Positions 30,088-44,274 of a stretch of DNA of 64,000 nt are shown here, one piece after another. The DNA lies in the NCBI GenBank assembly GCA_964016885.1, contig OZ024754.1, positions 44,330,001-44,394,000 of the forward strand, written 5' to 3'. Source of the stretch: Eledone cirrhosa. Its lineage: Eukaryota. The number at the start of each line of letters is the position of its first letter. Position 1 is the stretch's first letter. The position numbers and the translations under genes were made by a program. The notes under the pieces are model-generated. The model ran no database searches and was not told the DNA's origin. It was given only the letters and a program-made list of their open reading frames with translations.

Positions 30088-30857
30088 ATATATACTAATA
30101 TAAGCAAGTATTGCACCAAGAAAAATATAAACATCGGCAAGAAAGGAGATTAGGAATTTATTTGCTTTAACATATGTTTCTGTGTCTATTATAATAGTCT
30201 ACATATGCTGACTACAATATATATATAACTTTATGTCTAAACTGAGCTTTCCAACTTTCCACAATGGCGTCTCTGTTGATGCTGGCGTTTTGTCTAGGAA
30301 GTACTATTTATAAATATGTGTGTGTGTGTGTGTGCATGTGTGTGTACGCATGTAAACATATGTGTGCTTTTATCTAATACCAGTCATTCTACCCGGTGTT
30401 TCCCGGTAAATAAATGCACTGAAATATTTCTCAGTTTGTTGATTCAGAATCACAGTACTTCTGCTTGAAATGTATTATCTCAGAAACTATTTAAATATAA
30501 TTTTAGCCATAGATACACCAAGTTAAGTCTATAATCTACTTCATCTTTGCAGGCTTCAAGATGGAGTAGATGATACACTGTAAGTAGGTGTATTTATGTT
30601 TGAAATAATATAAACATTCAACTTAAAAGTGCCTACATAAAAATATTTTACAATATCTATGTCAGGGATGTAGATCCGTATCTGAGAAGGTGCGAAAAAT
30701 AGAAATAAAATTCCACGAAACCCATAAAAATTTGCTATCACAGTCACAGCATTTCAATATTTCTAGTAGAATTGTGTCAATGACCAGATTGCAGAAGAGC
30801 GACGAAAATGTTGTCAACCCAAGAAATAAACAAGAAATAAACAAGAAGTGAATATCA

Positions 30858-30900
<43 letters not shown>

Positions 30901-30904
<4 letters not shown>

Positions 30905-31213
30905 AAGGTTAAACAAGGGTCAATGAATAAATCAAAGAATGAGTTTTACAATAGATTGGAAGCACTCAACAGTAATGTTTTTCCGGAGTTACCAATATTA
31001 ATTCAAAATATTAACAACATTTCTTGTCATCAAGTATATTTTATTATACATATTTCAGAGGTACTGAGCTAACTTCAACAGTACGTCCTCATCAGATAAA
31101 ATAAGATGATGCATGACATACCTTGACATGTTGAAGTTGGCTCATTACCTCTGAAATATGTATAATAAAATATACTTCATCACAAGAATGTCTATTTTTG
31201 TTAATATTTTGAA

Positions 31214-31221
<8 letters not shown>
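30901..31221. mobile_element. Penelope-like fragment, family C, with internal inversion
   Basis: Same 5' part as the 20481 copy, then an inverted 3' part with a full hammerhead, then a direct 3' part; TA-flanked. Confidence 0.62.
31037..31103 (-). ncRNA. Type I hammerhead ribozyme motif (family C)
   Basis: Near-identical reverse complement of the 20611 motif. A + strand 3' half-copy follows at ~31130-31172. Confidence 0.8.
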
Positions 31222-31252
<31 letters not shown>

Positions 31253-31579
31253 AGATATCCGAAGCTATCGGATATCTTAAAATGCGGACGAAACCATGGT
31301 AGAGGTAACTAAATATGTTCACTTTTCTCCTAGTTTATTTTACACCTAATTCTGTTTAAGTGACTGTATATCTGGGCGATTTATACACGCTGTCGAAATA
31401 CTCGATAAATATTCCGTCGCAGCCGACGCGAAGGGCTGCTTTCGGTTATTTGTCGGAGATTTCTTCATAGAAGCCTTTATTCTTATAGCTTGGTCTAATC
31501 GATTTTTATATGGTTAATTATGCTAATTGGGGGAGGAAATGGTATATATTTTATCTGGTGATTCTATAGAAATGTTTTA

Positions 31580-31627
<48 letters not shown>

Positions 31628-31803
31628 ATATTTCATTATTTAATATTGACATAGCTTCTTACAAGACTAGAACTGTTTCATACGAATGAAACAATTCTAG
31701 TCTTGTAGAAGCCATTTCTATATCGAATAATGATGCTTACACTAATGTATTGAGTACTTTTTTAACATTGGGGCCCCTCGATTTCACATGGGTTCTACAT
31801 ATA

Positions 31804-31878
<75 letters not shown>

Positions 31879-31907
31879 TTCTCTCTTTCTCTTTCTTTCT
31901 GTCAATC

Positions 31908-32028
<121 letters not shown>

Positions 32029-32386
32029 TTTAGAAACACACAGATACATGCGGACACACACATATATACATGAATGCATCCGCACCCAACTGTGAGTTAA
32101 GGGTGCCAACTTCACCGATGTTGCTCTGTTTCTCGACCGTTATATCGCGTGACTATCTCCCCCTCCGCCTTTTGGGATTCTTTCTCACGTCGTGTAGACG
32201 CGTTCTTGAGACTAGTAAAATGAGGTATCCTCTTGATAAGTCGGCAGACCTCGCAGGGACTCTATATCTTTATGATATATTGTTTTTGTTTATGCCACGA
32301 AACTACGTAGTCGAGGAATTTAGGAGCAGTTTAGGTATGATACATTTTATTACTAATTATATCTAAATGTTTCTTCTCTCTTCATA

Positions 32387-32463
<77 letters not shown>

Positions 32464-32701
32464 ATATATATATATATATATATATACATATATATATACA
32501 TATATATATACATAAGTGTTCCTGCTCAAGTGGTACTATGGCAATGATGCTGATGACGAAATCTGAAGATGTTGGAATGACTTAAGATGCAGTTTCATCT
32601 TGAAAAACTTCCTGTATGCTGCGTCTGGTTTGCCGCCTCTATTACTACACCACATCCCCCTAACATATATACACTTATGGGGGGGGGGGAATATACACCG
32701 C

Positions 32702-32732
<31 letters not shown>

Positions 32733-32776
32733 TACTACTACTACTACTACATCTATGCATGTATACACACATGCAC

Positions 32777-32908
<132 letters not shown>

Positions 32909-33615
32909 CACCAATTAATAAACATACACACTTAAGCTCACACATACAGACACACTTATATATATATATATATATGCACACATGCACACATATATATACA
33001 TAACTTTACAAGTATGCATGCGCATCCATCTATACATACAGTTATACATCTTCACACATAAATGAAACTATATCTCAGGAAGACAGCACACCCCACCTCC
33101 ACTCATCTCTGAGTCAGATAAAGTGAAAGAGAAGAAGAAGCTGAGTGAAGGAGGAGAAGAAGTGTCATATATAGATAAATAGAAAGAGTGGATTAGAAAT
33201 GGAAAGATGTACAGGCAGAATTAAAGAGAGGTGGGTATCGTGAATGAATATGTATGAGTGAATGTGAACGAGTGTGTGTGAATGAGTGAGTGTGTGAGTG
33301 TGAATGAGTGAATGTGTGTGCGTGAGTGTGAATGTGTGAGTGTGAATGAGTGAATGTGTGTGAATGAGTAAATGTGAATGTGTGAGTGTGAATGAGTGAG
33401 TGAGTGCATAGCATACTTCAAAACAGCAAAATACTGTGGAAATACTCTCAGCCATAATGCCATTCGACTTGTTAGTCATTTAAAATGGCAACCCCCTCTG
33501 TAAAGGACAACAGTGGAGCTGGATTGGCTGGGACACAACATATCCATTATGTGAGTAGAGATAATATCTTAACTATGATATAGACAGGAGAGTGTTGTTA
33601 TGTTAGTAGAGATTC

Positions 33616-34245
33616 TATAGTACTTTGTAGAAAGTACTGTTTTAAATAAACATTACCTTGTTATATATGTTTATAGTACTTTGTAGAAAGTACTGTATTA
33701 AATAAACATTACCTTGTTATATATGTTTATAGTACTTTGTAGAAAGTACTGTATTAAATAAACATTACCTTGTTATATATGTTTATAGTACTTTGTAGAA
33801 AGTACTGTATTAAATAAACATTACCTTGTTATATATGTTTATAGTACTTTGTAGAAAGTACTGTATTAAATAAACATTACCTTGTTATATATGTTTATAG
33901 TACTTTGTAGAAAGTACTGTATTAAATAAACATTACCTTGTTATATATGTTTATAGTACTTTGTAGAAAGTACTGTATTAAATAAACATTACCTTGTTAT
34001 ATATGTTTATAGTACTTTGTAGAAAGTACTGTTTTAAATAAACATTACCTTGTTATATATGTTTATAGTACTTTGTAGAAAGTACTGTATTAAATAAACA
34101 TTACCTTGTTATATATGTTTATAGTACTTTGTAGAAAGTACTGTATTAAATAAACATTACCTTGTTATATATGTTTATAGTACTTTGTAGAAAGTACTGT
34201 ATTAAATAAACATTACCTTGTTATATATGTTTATAGTACTTTGTA
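33616..34245. repeat. 56-bp minisatellite, ~11 near-identical copies
   Basis: Unit TATAGTACTTTGTAGAAAGTACTGTATTAAATAAACATTACCTTGTTATATATGTT. Confidence 0.95.
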
Positions 34246-34793
34246 AACAGTACGCTAAAACTTCATATAGTTTTGTGTTTACTCTGTTTGGTTAGCACTA
34301 TCTCATTAGTACTACACAGGGGTGGTGGAAGCGTTTCTGAATTTGGTCAATTTAGTTGTAGTGATTAGTTTAATTGTTATTATCAAATATCAGCCAAAAT
34401 ATATATATATAAAAAAAACTTCGATAAGCGATAAACATAACATGTACATAAATTGTAGCACATATACAAATAGATGTGTGTTTTGGTAGTTTGGGGGAGA
34501 CAAATATAATTATTGAGGGGTTCATGGCCCCCCCCCCCTGGCCTCCGTAGTTCCACCACCCCTGCTATAGGAATTTCGAATTCTCAATGTTAGCTGTACT
34601 ATCTTAACAGTAATGTATATACAACACCTGAGAATGTTAGAAGGTGCTATACTATGTAAAATACTAGATTGATAGTACTGTAAACTATTAGAAAATAGCA
34701 TTGGAAATACTATATCACTATAGAATTGTAGAATGGATTTATATTCATTGTAACATAAAAGCTACTGAATACCCGATAGCGAAAGGTCTAGAT

Positions 34794-35097
34794 CAGAAGT
34801 TCTCAATCTTTTGGGGCCAGATGACCACGTAATTCCCTCAGTACCCCCCTATTTCCAGAGAGACCTACCTACACTCAAGTTGTAAATAATAAATAAAATC
34901 GTTAATCTATATATATTAAATAATATAATATATACTATGTATAAATAAATATTATATATTTTTTTATTTTACTATATTTATATATAATATGTATCATTTG
35001 ATATTTAATATAATATTATATCATCTCTACCTCCTCCCTCCCCCGGATTTCTCAGTGTCCCCCTGGGAGGTGGTAGCACCCACTTTGAAAACCTCTG
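34794..35097 (+). mobile_element. hAT-type MITE with a perfect 8-bp TSD
   Basis: TIRs CAGAAGTTCTCAA / TTGAAAACCTCTG, with TSD GTCTAGAT at 34786-34793 and 35098-35105. Confidence 0.85.
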
Positions 35098-35130
35098 GTC
35101 TAGATTATAAATATTATATATGGTACAAGT

Positions 35131-35317
35131 TAATAATTGTTTCTACAAGGCCAGCAATTATCCCAGTGTATTACTGGTACTTTATTTTATCGACCCCCGT
35201 TAGGATGAAAGGCAAAGTTAACCTCGACGGGATTTGGACTCAGAATGGCAAGGGCCGTAACTCTATGCGTCAAAGCATGGCGTCCGACCCTCCACCGATA
35301 CTGCCAATTCACCGCCC
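35131..35317 (-). mobile_element. SINE, dominant family
   Basis: Reverse-complement match to the family consensus. Confidence 0.8.
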
Positions 35318-35608
35318 GTACAAGTTAATAATAATATATTAAAGGAGCTGTGTTAAGTTAACTCTAGAAAAGTTAAATCTCTAGACGTACCATGTAATAG
35401 AATGTTAGAAGAAATCCTATTTTAACAGCAGTATTGCATTAATGGTAATATATACAAGATGTGTTAACAGTTCTATAGAAATAAACATGTAACAATAGTT
35501 ATAAAAGACACTAAATTAATTTTATAATACAAATCTACTCTGTTAATTATACACATATTAAGAACTAACAGGAAGATAAGTGTGACAGCTGTCAACGTTG
35601 TAGTGTCT

Positions 35609-36156
35609 TTCATTACCATATTTCTAATGAAAGACACTGTCTATGTCATTAACCCTTTCATTACCATATTTCTAATGAAAGACACTGTCTAAGTCATTAA
35701 CCCTTTCATTACCATATTTCTAATGAAAGACACTGTCTAAGTCATTAACCCTTTCATTACCATATTTCTAATGAAAGACACTGTCTATGTCATTAACCCT
35801 TTCATTACCATATTTCTAATGAAAGACACTGTCTAAGTCATTAACCCTTTCATTACCATATTTCTAATGAAAGACACTGTCTAAGTCATTAACCCTTTCA
35901 TTACCATATTTCTAATGAAAGACACTGTCTATGTCTTTAACTCTTTCATTACCATATTTCTAATGAAAGACACTGTCTATGTCTTTAACTCTTTCATTAC
36001 CATAAGTAAATTGATGTTTACAACATTAGTTAAGAAACATTTCTAAAATGAAATTATGATGCAAGACTTTAATATAAGGATAAACATTTCAAAATGAGCA
36101 ATTTTGTATCATAAATCCAGGGCGGTTTCAGGATGTTTGGTATCAAAAGGGTTAAC
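35609..36156 (+). mobile_element. piggyBac-like MITE whose left end is amplified as a 48-bp tandem array (~8 copies)
   Basis: Unit TTAACCCTTTCATTACCATATTTCTAATGAAAGACACTGTCTAWGTCA; the right end reads AAAGGGTTAA. Confidence 0.6.
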
Positions 36157-37111
36157 GCTATTGAATAAACAGTTCTATAGATGTTACTATACTATGGTTC
36201 TATAGATGTTACTGTTCTATAGTTCTACAGTTCTATAGATGTTACTGTACTATTGTTCTATAGACGTTACTATATTATCTGAACTATAGAAGTTAATGAT
36301 ATAGACAGTTCTATCTAAATATCTTTGTTGATAGTTCTATAAAAACAGCAATGGTAATTAACAAATATAGACCAATCACATCCTTATTCCTGTCAGTCGC
36401 CATCGAGTACTCTAGCACCTTCGATCCCTGAACTGCTGTTTTTAACCACAAAATCGTGAGTATTCCGTCGAAGGAAGGAGTTCCGTGGAGGTAGAGTGGC
36501 TGATGCAGTGGGTGTCTCTGGTTGTTCTTCGTAGCAGTGCCTTCGCTAACCTGTCTGTGGGGTGGAGCTGAGATGTTCCACTTAGACAACGGTGTAGAGT
36601 CTACAGTGGCTGATGCAGTGGGTGTCTCTGGCTGTTCTTCATGGCAGTGACATCGCTAACCTGTCTGTGGGGTGGAGCTGAGATGCTCCACTTAGACAAC
36701 GGTGGCTGCTGCGGTAGAGGTGATGGTGGTGGTGGTGCTGTTGATGGCGGTGGTAGTGGTAGCGGTGATGGTGCTGTTGAAGGTGGTAGTGGCGGTAGAG
36801 GTAGAGCTGGTGGTGGTGGTGCTGTTGATGGTGGTATTGGTGGTGGTAGAGGTGGTACTGCTGTTGAAGGCAGTGGCGGCGGTAGAGGTGGTGCTGCTGT
36901 TTATGGTGGTGGTGGTACTGCTGAAAGTGCTAATAATGTTGGAAGCCGATGGCAATGCTGTGTTTGGTATTATTAATAAAAGACTGTTTAGTTACCAAAT
37001 TAAATAATTTCATTTGATAGCCTCTAATGCCCAGAGAACATAGTAGAACATTCTAATGTGATACACTTTCATAAACGTATTAAGACATGCCTACACACAC
37101 ACACACGCACC

Positions 37112-37195
<84 letters not shown>

Positions 37196-37293
37196 TATAT
37201 TACACACTCTCATAAACATATTAACACATACTTACATACACATACACACATATTCTCTCTCTCTGTCTCTATCTATCTCTCTCTTTGCCACAC

Positions 37294-37335
<42 letters not shown>

Positions 37336-37641
37336 CCTCTGTCCCTTCCTCCCTCTCGCCCCTCTCTATAAACTATCCTATTGCTAAATTCATGTAAATT
37401 CTTGCCATTTTGTTTGACTCTTTCGAATTCCAAGCTTTTGTCAATTAGACTGGATTGACATTAGATACATTTACATGTGTGTGTGTGTACATGTGTGTGT
37501 GTGCGTGTGTGTGTGTGTGTGGAGTGGTTATATACAGAAAATACGTATTCCAAAATACAGCCTTCTCTCCACAACACACACAAAGGGGCACTCTGTCTTT
37601 CTCTCACACACACACAATCTCACACACACACTCACACATAC

Positions 37642-37683
<42 letters not shown>

Positions 37684-37687
37684 ATAC

Positions 37688-37741
<54 letters not shown>

Positions 37742-38065
37742 AGACACACACACACACACACACTCCATATTCTTACAAGTCTTCCATGAGAATGTCATAA
37801 CCAGTTTTGGCAAATCATTCCAACTTTATTCTTCTAGTATTAATGCAGCTCATATCAGCCGAGCAGGGTGGTGTAACTGGAAGCAGGAAGTGGCTAAGAT
37901 GGCGGAGTATATCGTCTGCTAGTAATACGGGTAGTTTATATAACCATGTAGACTGGGTTTAAGGTTTCCTCTCTCACAGACACACGATGTTTCTCACAAC
38001 TCTTATAAAATAAAATAAGCATGAATAATTGAAGTGATAAGTAAATGTGAATCCTTGAATATGTG

Positions 38066-38132
<67 letters not shown>

Positions 38133-38262
38133 TATATATATGTATATATATGTGTGTGTGTATTATATATATGTAGTATATATATTGATATATATATATG
38201 TATATATATATATGTTTATATATATATATGTGTGTGTATATATATATATGTATATATTATAT

Positions 38263-38340
<78 letters not shown>

Positions 38341-38347
38341 GTATATA

Positions 38348-38440
<93 letters not shown>

Positions 38441-38674
38441 TTTAATATAGAAATGGCTTCAACAATAACAACACCAACAATAACAACAACACCAACAATA
38501 ACAACAACAATAACTACTTCTAGTAATATAACTTATGTTTCATCAACAACAGTAACAACAACATCGACAATTCTAACAACTACAACTAATTCTTCAACTA
38601 CGTCTTCATCACCACCACCACCAACAACAACAACGACTACTCCTACTACTACTACTACTACTACCACTACTACT

Positions 38675-38729
<55 letters not shown>

Positions 38730-38824
38730 GATGTTATAGAAATTAGAGTAGTAGAGAATCTTGACAGATATTTGGGTAGAGGGGAGGTAGATATAAATAT
38801 ATATGTGTGTGTATATATGTGTAT

Positions 38825-38858
<34 letters not shown>

Positions 38859-38954
38859 GTGTGTGTGATTGTGTGTGAGTGTGGGGATGTAGAGATATAA
38901 ATCTGTATGTATGTTTGTGAGTTTGAGGAGGTATATATATACACACACACCCAC

Positions 38955-38999
<45 letters not shown>

Positions 39000-39538
39000 T
39001 GTCTGTATGTGAGGATATGTACGTATGTGTGTGTGTGTGTGGTTGTGTGTGAACAGTATTAGAATCACTTGGGACTACTGTATGTAGTTGTAGAATGGTG
39101 GGGAAGATAATGCTGGCATCGTTGACTTTACCGTCTCTGGAGACTTAACAACTACTACTACAACTACTACTACAACTACTACTACTACAACTACTACTAC
39201 AACTACTACTACTACAACTACTACTACGACAACTACTACTACGACAACCACTACTACTACTACCACTACTACTACTACTACTGAACAATATGGTTCGTTA
39301 TTATTTCCTTTATAGCATGTTTGTTACAAATAGAAATCTATAATTGAAGAAAGGATCAATTAATTAGTTATTATCATTAGATTTACTTCCTTATGCAATA
39401 TTTTTTAGCAGAAATGCCATGAATTTTAAACTTGTTGCATCAGGGCAAAATATAACTTTAATATAACAAATATAAACTTTTTAGAGAATTGGTTTAATCA
39501 ATTTTAAGTTATTTCTTTATAAAATACATCGGCAAATA

Positions 39539-39944
39539 CAGCGTATACTAAAAATAATCATCCAATTTCAAAAGTCTATATTTTTTAAACAAAGGAACCT
39601 ATAATCGTGTGGTAACTTGTACAATATATGTGTGAATATAAAGTTATATTTACAACGGTTACAAATGCTCAATATGTCCTCCTTCCAGACACACACACGG
39701 TATACAGCTGCATGATAATCAAACTCGTCCCATACTCGTTTTGTTGTAGCGTCGACATCTTGAAGCAGACTGACAGACATGGAAAAGATGTAAATAACTT
39801 TATAAAAGATTATAAACCTTATTATAAGGAATAAAACTTTATATTCAGATGTTTATTGTTATAAGTTACCACATGATTATTTGGTGATTTGTTAAAAAAA
39901 AAAAAAGCTTTTTGAAATCGGATGGTTAATTTTGATATACCCTG
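39539..39944 (-). mobile_element. Internally deleted Tc1/mariner element
   Basis: Imperfect long TIRs (CAGCGTATACTAAAAATAATCATCCAATTTCAAAA / CAGGGTATATCAAAATTAACCATCCGATTTCAAAA) flanked by TA. Internal remnant KRVWDEFDY resembles a transposase C-terminus. Confidence 0.7.
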
Positions 39945-40024
39945 TACACACACACTGACACACACACATATATATGTGTGTGTCTGTGAGTGTGTGTGCA
40001 TATATACATATATATATATTTATT

Positions 40025-40072
<48 letters not shown>

Positions 40073-40195
40073 GGAGGTGAGTTTTATTGTAGTACAATAA
40101 AGCAATGCAGATATCGGATAAGTAGCACTCTACAATTTGTAGGACTGGAGTATAAATAATATATAAGATCAAAAGATGGTTAAAAGAGTTCCATG

Positions 40196-40266
40196 TATTT
40201 TATTATGCGCATTTCAAAAACAAATATCATCATGCAATAACATTTGCGTTTTCGTCAGATAAAATA
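40196..40266 (-). ncRNA. Type I hammerhead ribozyme motif (family E), left arm of a fold-back
   Basis: Minus strand: UAUUUUAU-CUGACGA-stem II-GAA-AUGCGCAU-A^-AUAAAAUA. Confidence 0.78.
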
Positions 40267-40370
40267 GGGAGACATGATATGAAGGTTAAAACACACTTGT
40301 GAATAGTGCATATGTTGATTTAAAACTACACTATTCACAAGTGTGTTTTAACCTTCATATCATGTCTTCC

Positions 40371-40441
40371 TGTTTTATCTGACGAAAACGCAAATGTTAT
40401 TGCATGATGATATTTGTTTTTGAAATGCGCATAATAAAATA
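40371..40441 (+). ncRNA. Type I hammerhead ribozyme motif (family E), right arm of a fold-back
   Basis: UGUUUUAU-CUGACGA-~16 bp stem II (loop GCAU)-GAA-AUGCGCAU (palindromic stem III)-A^-AUAAAAUA. Confidence 0.8.
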
Positions 40442-40694
40442 CATGGAACTCTTTTAACCATCTTTTGATCTTGAGATATATTAGATATGTCTCATATGAA
40501 ATAATACAGCCAATTTTCCACGCAATACTTTTAGTTAGCACCCCGAACGCATAATTGGGAATATAATCACTTATTTCCTAATGTTTGTTGAGTGAGTTGG
40601 AATTTGGCCGGAGTATCGCTAAAAAGCTTTCTCCGATATTGTATTTATTATATATATATGTATATATATATGTATATGTATATATATATGTATG

Positions 40695-40751
<57 letters not shown>

Positions 40752-41439
40752 CAGGTGGGTTTTTCAAAATCTGGTACACCGGGAAGTTACATAACAAATT
40801 GCTTAATGCAGATGCAATACATGAGTGAACTTCCACGGTGGAACTGGAGAACCGTCTTCTGCAGGTTTCGGTCATTACCACAATGATATATGTCTGGACA
40901 ATGTGGGAGAACATTCTCCAATAATACACAGACCAGCACTACTACCACTACTACCACCACCACCAATACCACCACCACCATCACCACTACCACCACCACC
41001 ACTACCACCACCACTACCACTACTACCACTACCACCACCACCACCAATACCACCACCACCATCACCACTACCACCACCACCACTACCACCACCACTACCA
41101 CTACTACCACTACCACCACCACCACCAATACCACCACCACCATCACCACTACCACCACCACCACTACCACCACCACTACCACTACTACCACTACCACCAC
41201 CACCACCAATACCACCACCACCATCACCACTACCACCACCACCACTACCACCACAACTACCACCACCACTACCACCACCACCACCACCACCACCACCACT
41301 ACCACCACTACCACCACCATCACCACCAATACCACCACCACCACCACCACTACCACCACCACCATCTCTACCACCCGGCGAATACCTTCCGCAATATGCC
41401 TGTGTGTGTGTGTGTATGTGTGTGTGTATGTGTGTGTGT

Positions 41440-41537
<98 letters not shown>

Positions 41538-41611
41538 TTCTCCACCAACGCTACCAACACCTACAACAAATGTAAATCTAGAGACAAGTTCCCAACACAA
41601 ACTCGTGTCCC

Positions 41612-41646
<35 letters not shown>

Positions 41647-41921
41647 TTGTCTATCTCTCTCTCTGTACCCACTGATGTAGTGATACATCATCTCTAGCTG
41701 GGTCACACTCTGTACACAACCTCAAAACCCTTCTATCACCACTACCCCACCCCCTGCATTACACCCTTTTCACCCCTTTCAGTATTCCTCTCTCTCTAAC
41801 CCCCGCCCTCTGCACTGAACAGAAATAGCTATGACTGAAAAGTGCACCTTTAGGGAATGTGGGGAATGTATGAATTTGTTAAGGGACTGCGCAGCATGTT
41901 AATGGGGGAGGAGCGGTTAGG

Positions 41922-41962
<41 letters not shown>

Positions 41963-41974
41963 ATAATAATAATT

Positions 41975-42168
41975 GTGAAGACTAAAATCCAAAGAGGGCT
42001 CGATAAGGATAAATATATATCAAATATATAAGAACCGTAGAGCAAATATTTATTAAAATAACAGATTAAAGTTTAAGCAAAGAATCGCTGCTTTCACCCT
42101 TAACGGGATAAGATCCCGTTAAGGGTGAAAGCAGCGGTTCTTTGCTTAAACTTTAATCTGTTATTTTA

Positions 42169-42173
<5 letters not shown>
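41975..42173. mobile_element. Penelope-like fragment, family H, fold-back
   Basis: Hairpin with ~65-bp arms containing AAGA-UCCC(GUUAA)GGGU-GAAA. Homologous pieces at 9031-9092 and ~9332-9403. Confidence 0.5.
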
Positions 42174-42226
<53 letters not shown>

Positions 42227-42380
42227 TATATATATATGTGTGTGTGTGTGTGTTTGTGTGTGTATGTTTGTATATATATACATACATACACACACACACA
42301 CACATATATATATATAATGTATATATATATATATGTGTGTGTGTGTTTGTGTGTGTATGTATGTATATATATATATATAT

Positions 42381-42460
<80 letters not shown>

Positions 42461-42729
42461 CATGTAAGATATTTTGTAGGGGACGTGCAAGAAATGTGTA
42501 AAAACCCCGCTTTCTTGGAAAGAATTATTTTTTTAAGGGAGGAGGCCCTGCCACAGTAACTTCAGTGAAGCATGGGAATGAGATGATGACATAAACAGGG
42601 CTATTTTCTAGGGATTTAGGGATTCAGAGGGTAGATGTTAGAATTAGGGTTATCACGTGACGTTTATTTATGTAGTAGGTCTCACTGCAGGATCCTAACA
42701 TACGTATATAGACATACACAGTTACTGCA

Positions 42730-43648
42730 CATACACACCTACCTACATGTATATATACATACACACACACCTACCTATATATATATACATACACACACAC
42801 CTACCTACATGTATATATACATACACACACACACACCTACCTATATATATATACATACACACACACACACCTACCTACATGTATATATACATACACACAC
42901 ACACACACCTACCTACATGTATATATACATACACACACACACACCTACCTATATATATATACATATACACACACACACACACCTACCTACATATATATAT
43001 ACACATACACACACACACACCTACCTACATATATATACACATACATACACACAAACACACACACCTACCTACATATATATATACATACACACACACACCT
43101 ACCTATATATATATACATATACACACACACACACACCTACCTACATATATATATACATACACACACACACCTACATATATATATACACATACACACACAC
43201 ACAAACACCTACCTACATGTATACACACACACACAAACACCTACCTACATGTTTATATACACACACACACACACCTACCTACATGTACACATACACACAC
43301 ACACAAACACCTACCTACTTGTATATATACACACACACACAAACACCTACCTACATGTATATATACACACATACACACACACACCTACCTACATGTATAT
43401 ATACACACACACACAAACACCTACCTACATGTATACACACACACACCTACCTACATGTATATATACACACACACACAAACACCTACCTACATGTATACAC
43501 ACACACACAAACACCTACCTACATGTATATATACACACATACACACACACACCTACCTACATGTATACACACACATACACACACACACACACCTACCTAC
43601 ATGTATATATACACACATACACACACACACACAGCTACCTACATGTAT

Positions 43649-43695
<47 letters not shown>

Positions 43696-43765
43696 CCTAC
43701 ATGTATACACACACACGCCTACCTACATGTATACACACACACACACACACACACCTACCTACATG

Positions 43766-43820
<55 letters not shown>
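42730..43820. repeat. Compound (CA)n/ACCTACCTACATGTAT minisatellite
   Basis: Visible directly. A comparable TG-rich compound array lies at 18847-19250. Confidence 0.9.
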
Positions 43821-43832
<12 letters not shown>

Positions 43833-43937
43833 TAATGTCTTTGTTTTGAAGTGAGTCAGGAACCAGTCCTGTGATACACCATTAATAAAATAGCATAAAA
43901 GAATATTCTTTATCAAACCATCTGGTGCATAATGGCA

Positions 43938-43985
<48 letters not shown>

Positions 43986-44069
43986 GCACACATATATATA
44001 TATATATATAATTAAGACGTCTGTCCGTTTATCTATCTATCTATTTATCTCTCTGTGTCTGTCTATATA

Positions 44070-44249
44070 ATTTGGGGGGGGGGATTAAATCGACCCCAGT
44101 ACATTACTGGTACTTTATTTTATCAACCCTGTAAGGATGAAAGGCAAAGTTAACCTTGGCGGGATTTGAACTCAGACCGTAAAAGGACGTAACTCTATGC
44201 CATAAAATATGGCGTCCGACCCTCTACCCATACACCAATCCACCACCCT
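44070..44249 (-). mobile_element. SINE, dominant family
   Basis: Reverse-complement match. Other copies at ~2016-2143(+), 2405-2560(-), 2773-2932(+), 16345-16420(+), 17569-17676(-), 19548-19600(+), 21931-22139(-), 26017-26148(+), 46350-46548(-), 46565-46670(-), 50517-50670(-), 52346-52493(+), 61170-61337(-) and 63737-63872(-). Confidence 0.8.
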
Positions 44250-44274
44250 TGAGCTAATAATAATAATACGCATG

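Larger units (their letters stand above)
40165..40473. mobile_element. Penelope-like fragment, family E, as an inverted duplication with ~140-bp arms
   Basis: 40165-40305 is the near-perfect reverse complement of 40331-40472. Each arm contains a hammerhead. Confidence 0.65.

Noticed and set aside
33616-34245. CRISPR-like regular repeats (also 46934-47490, 35609-36003 and 3317-3640)
   Set aside because: Head-to-tail tandem units without unique spacers, no cas genes, and a eukaryotic context.
40787-41697. Pro-rich and Gly-rich ORFs (formin- or extensin-like)
   Set aside because: (CCA/CTA)n repeat open in several frames on both strands, with no splice support.
42635-43849. 404-aa His/Thr/Tyr-rich ORF
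   Set aside because: Translation of a compound CA minisatellite.
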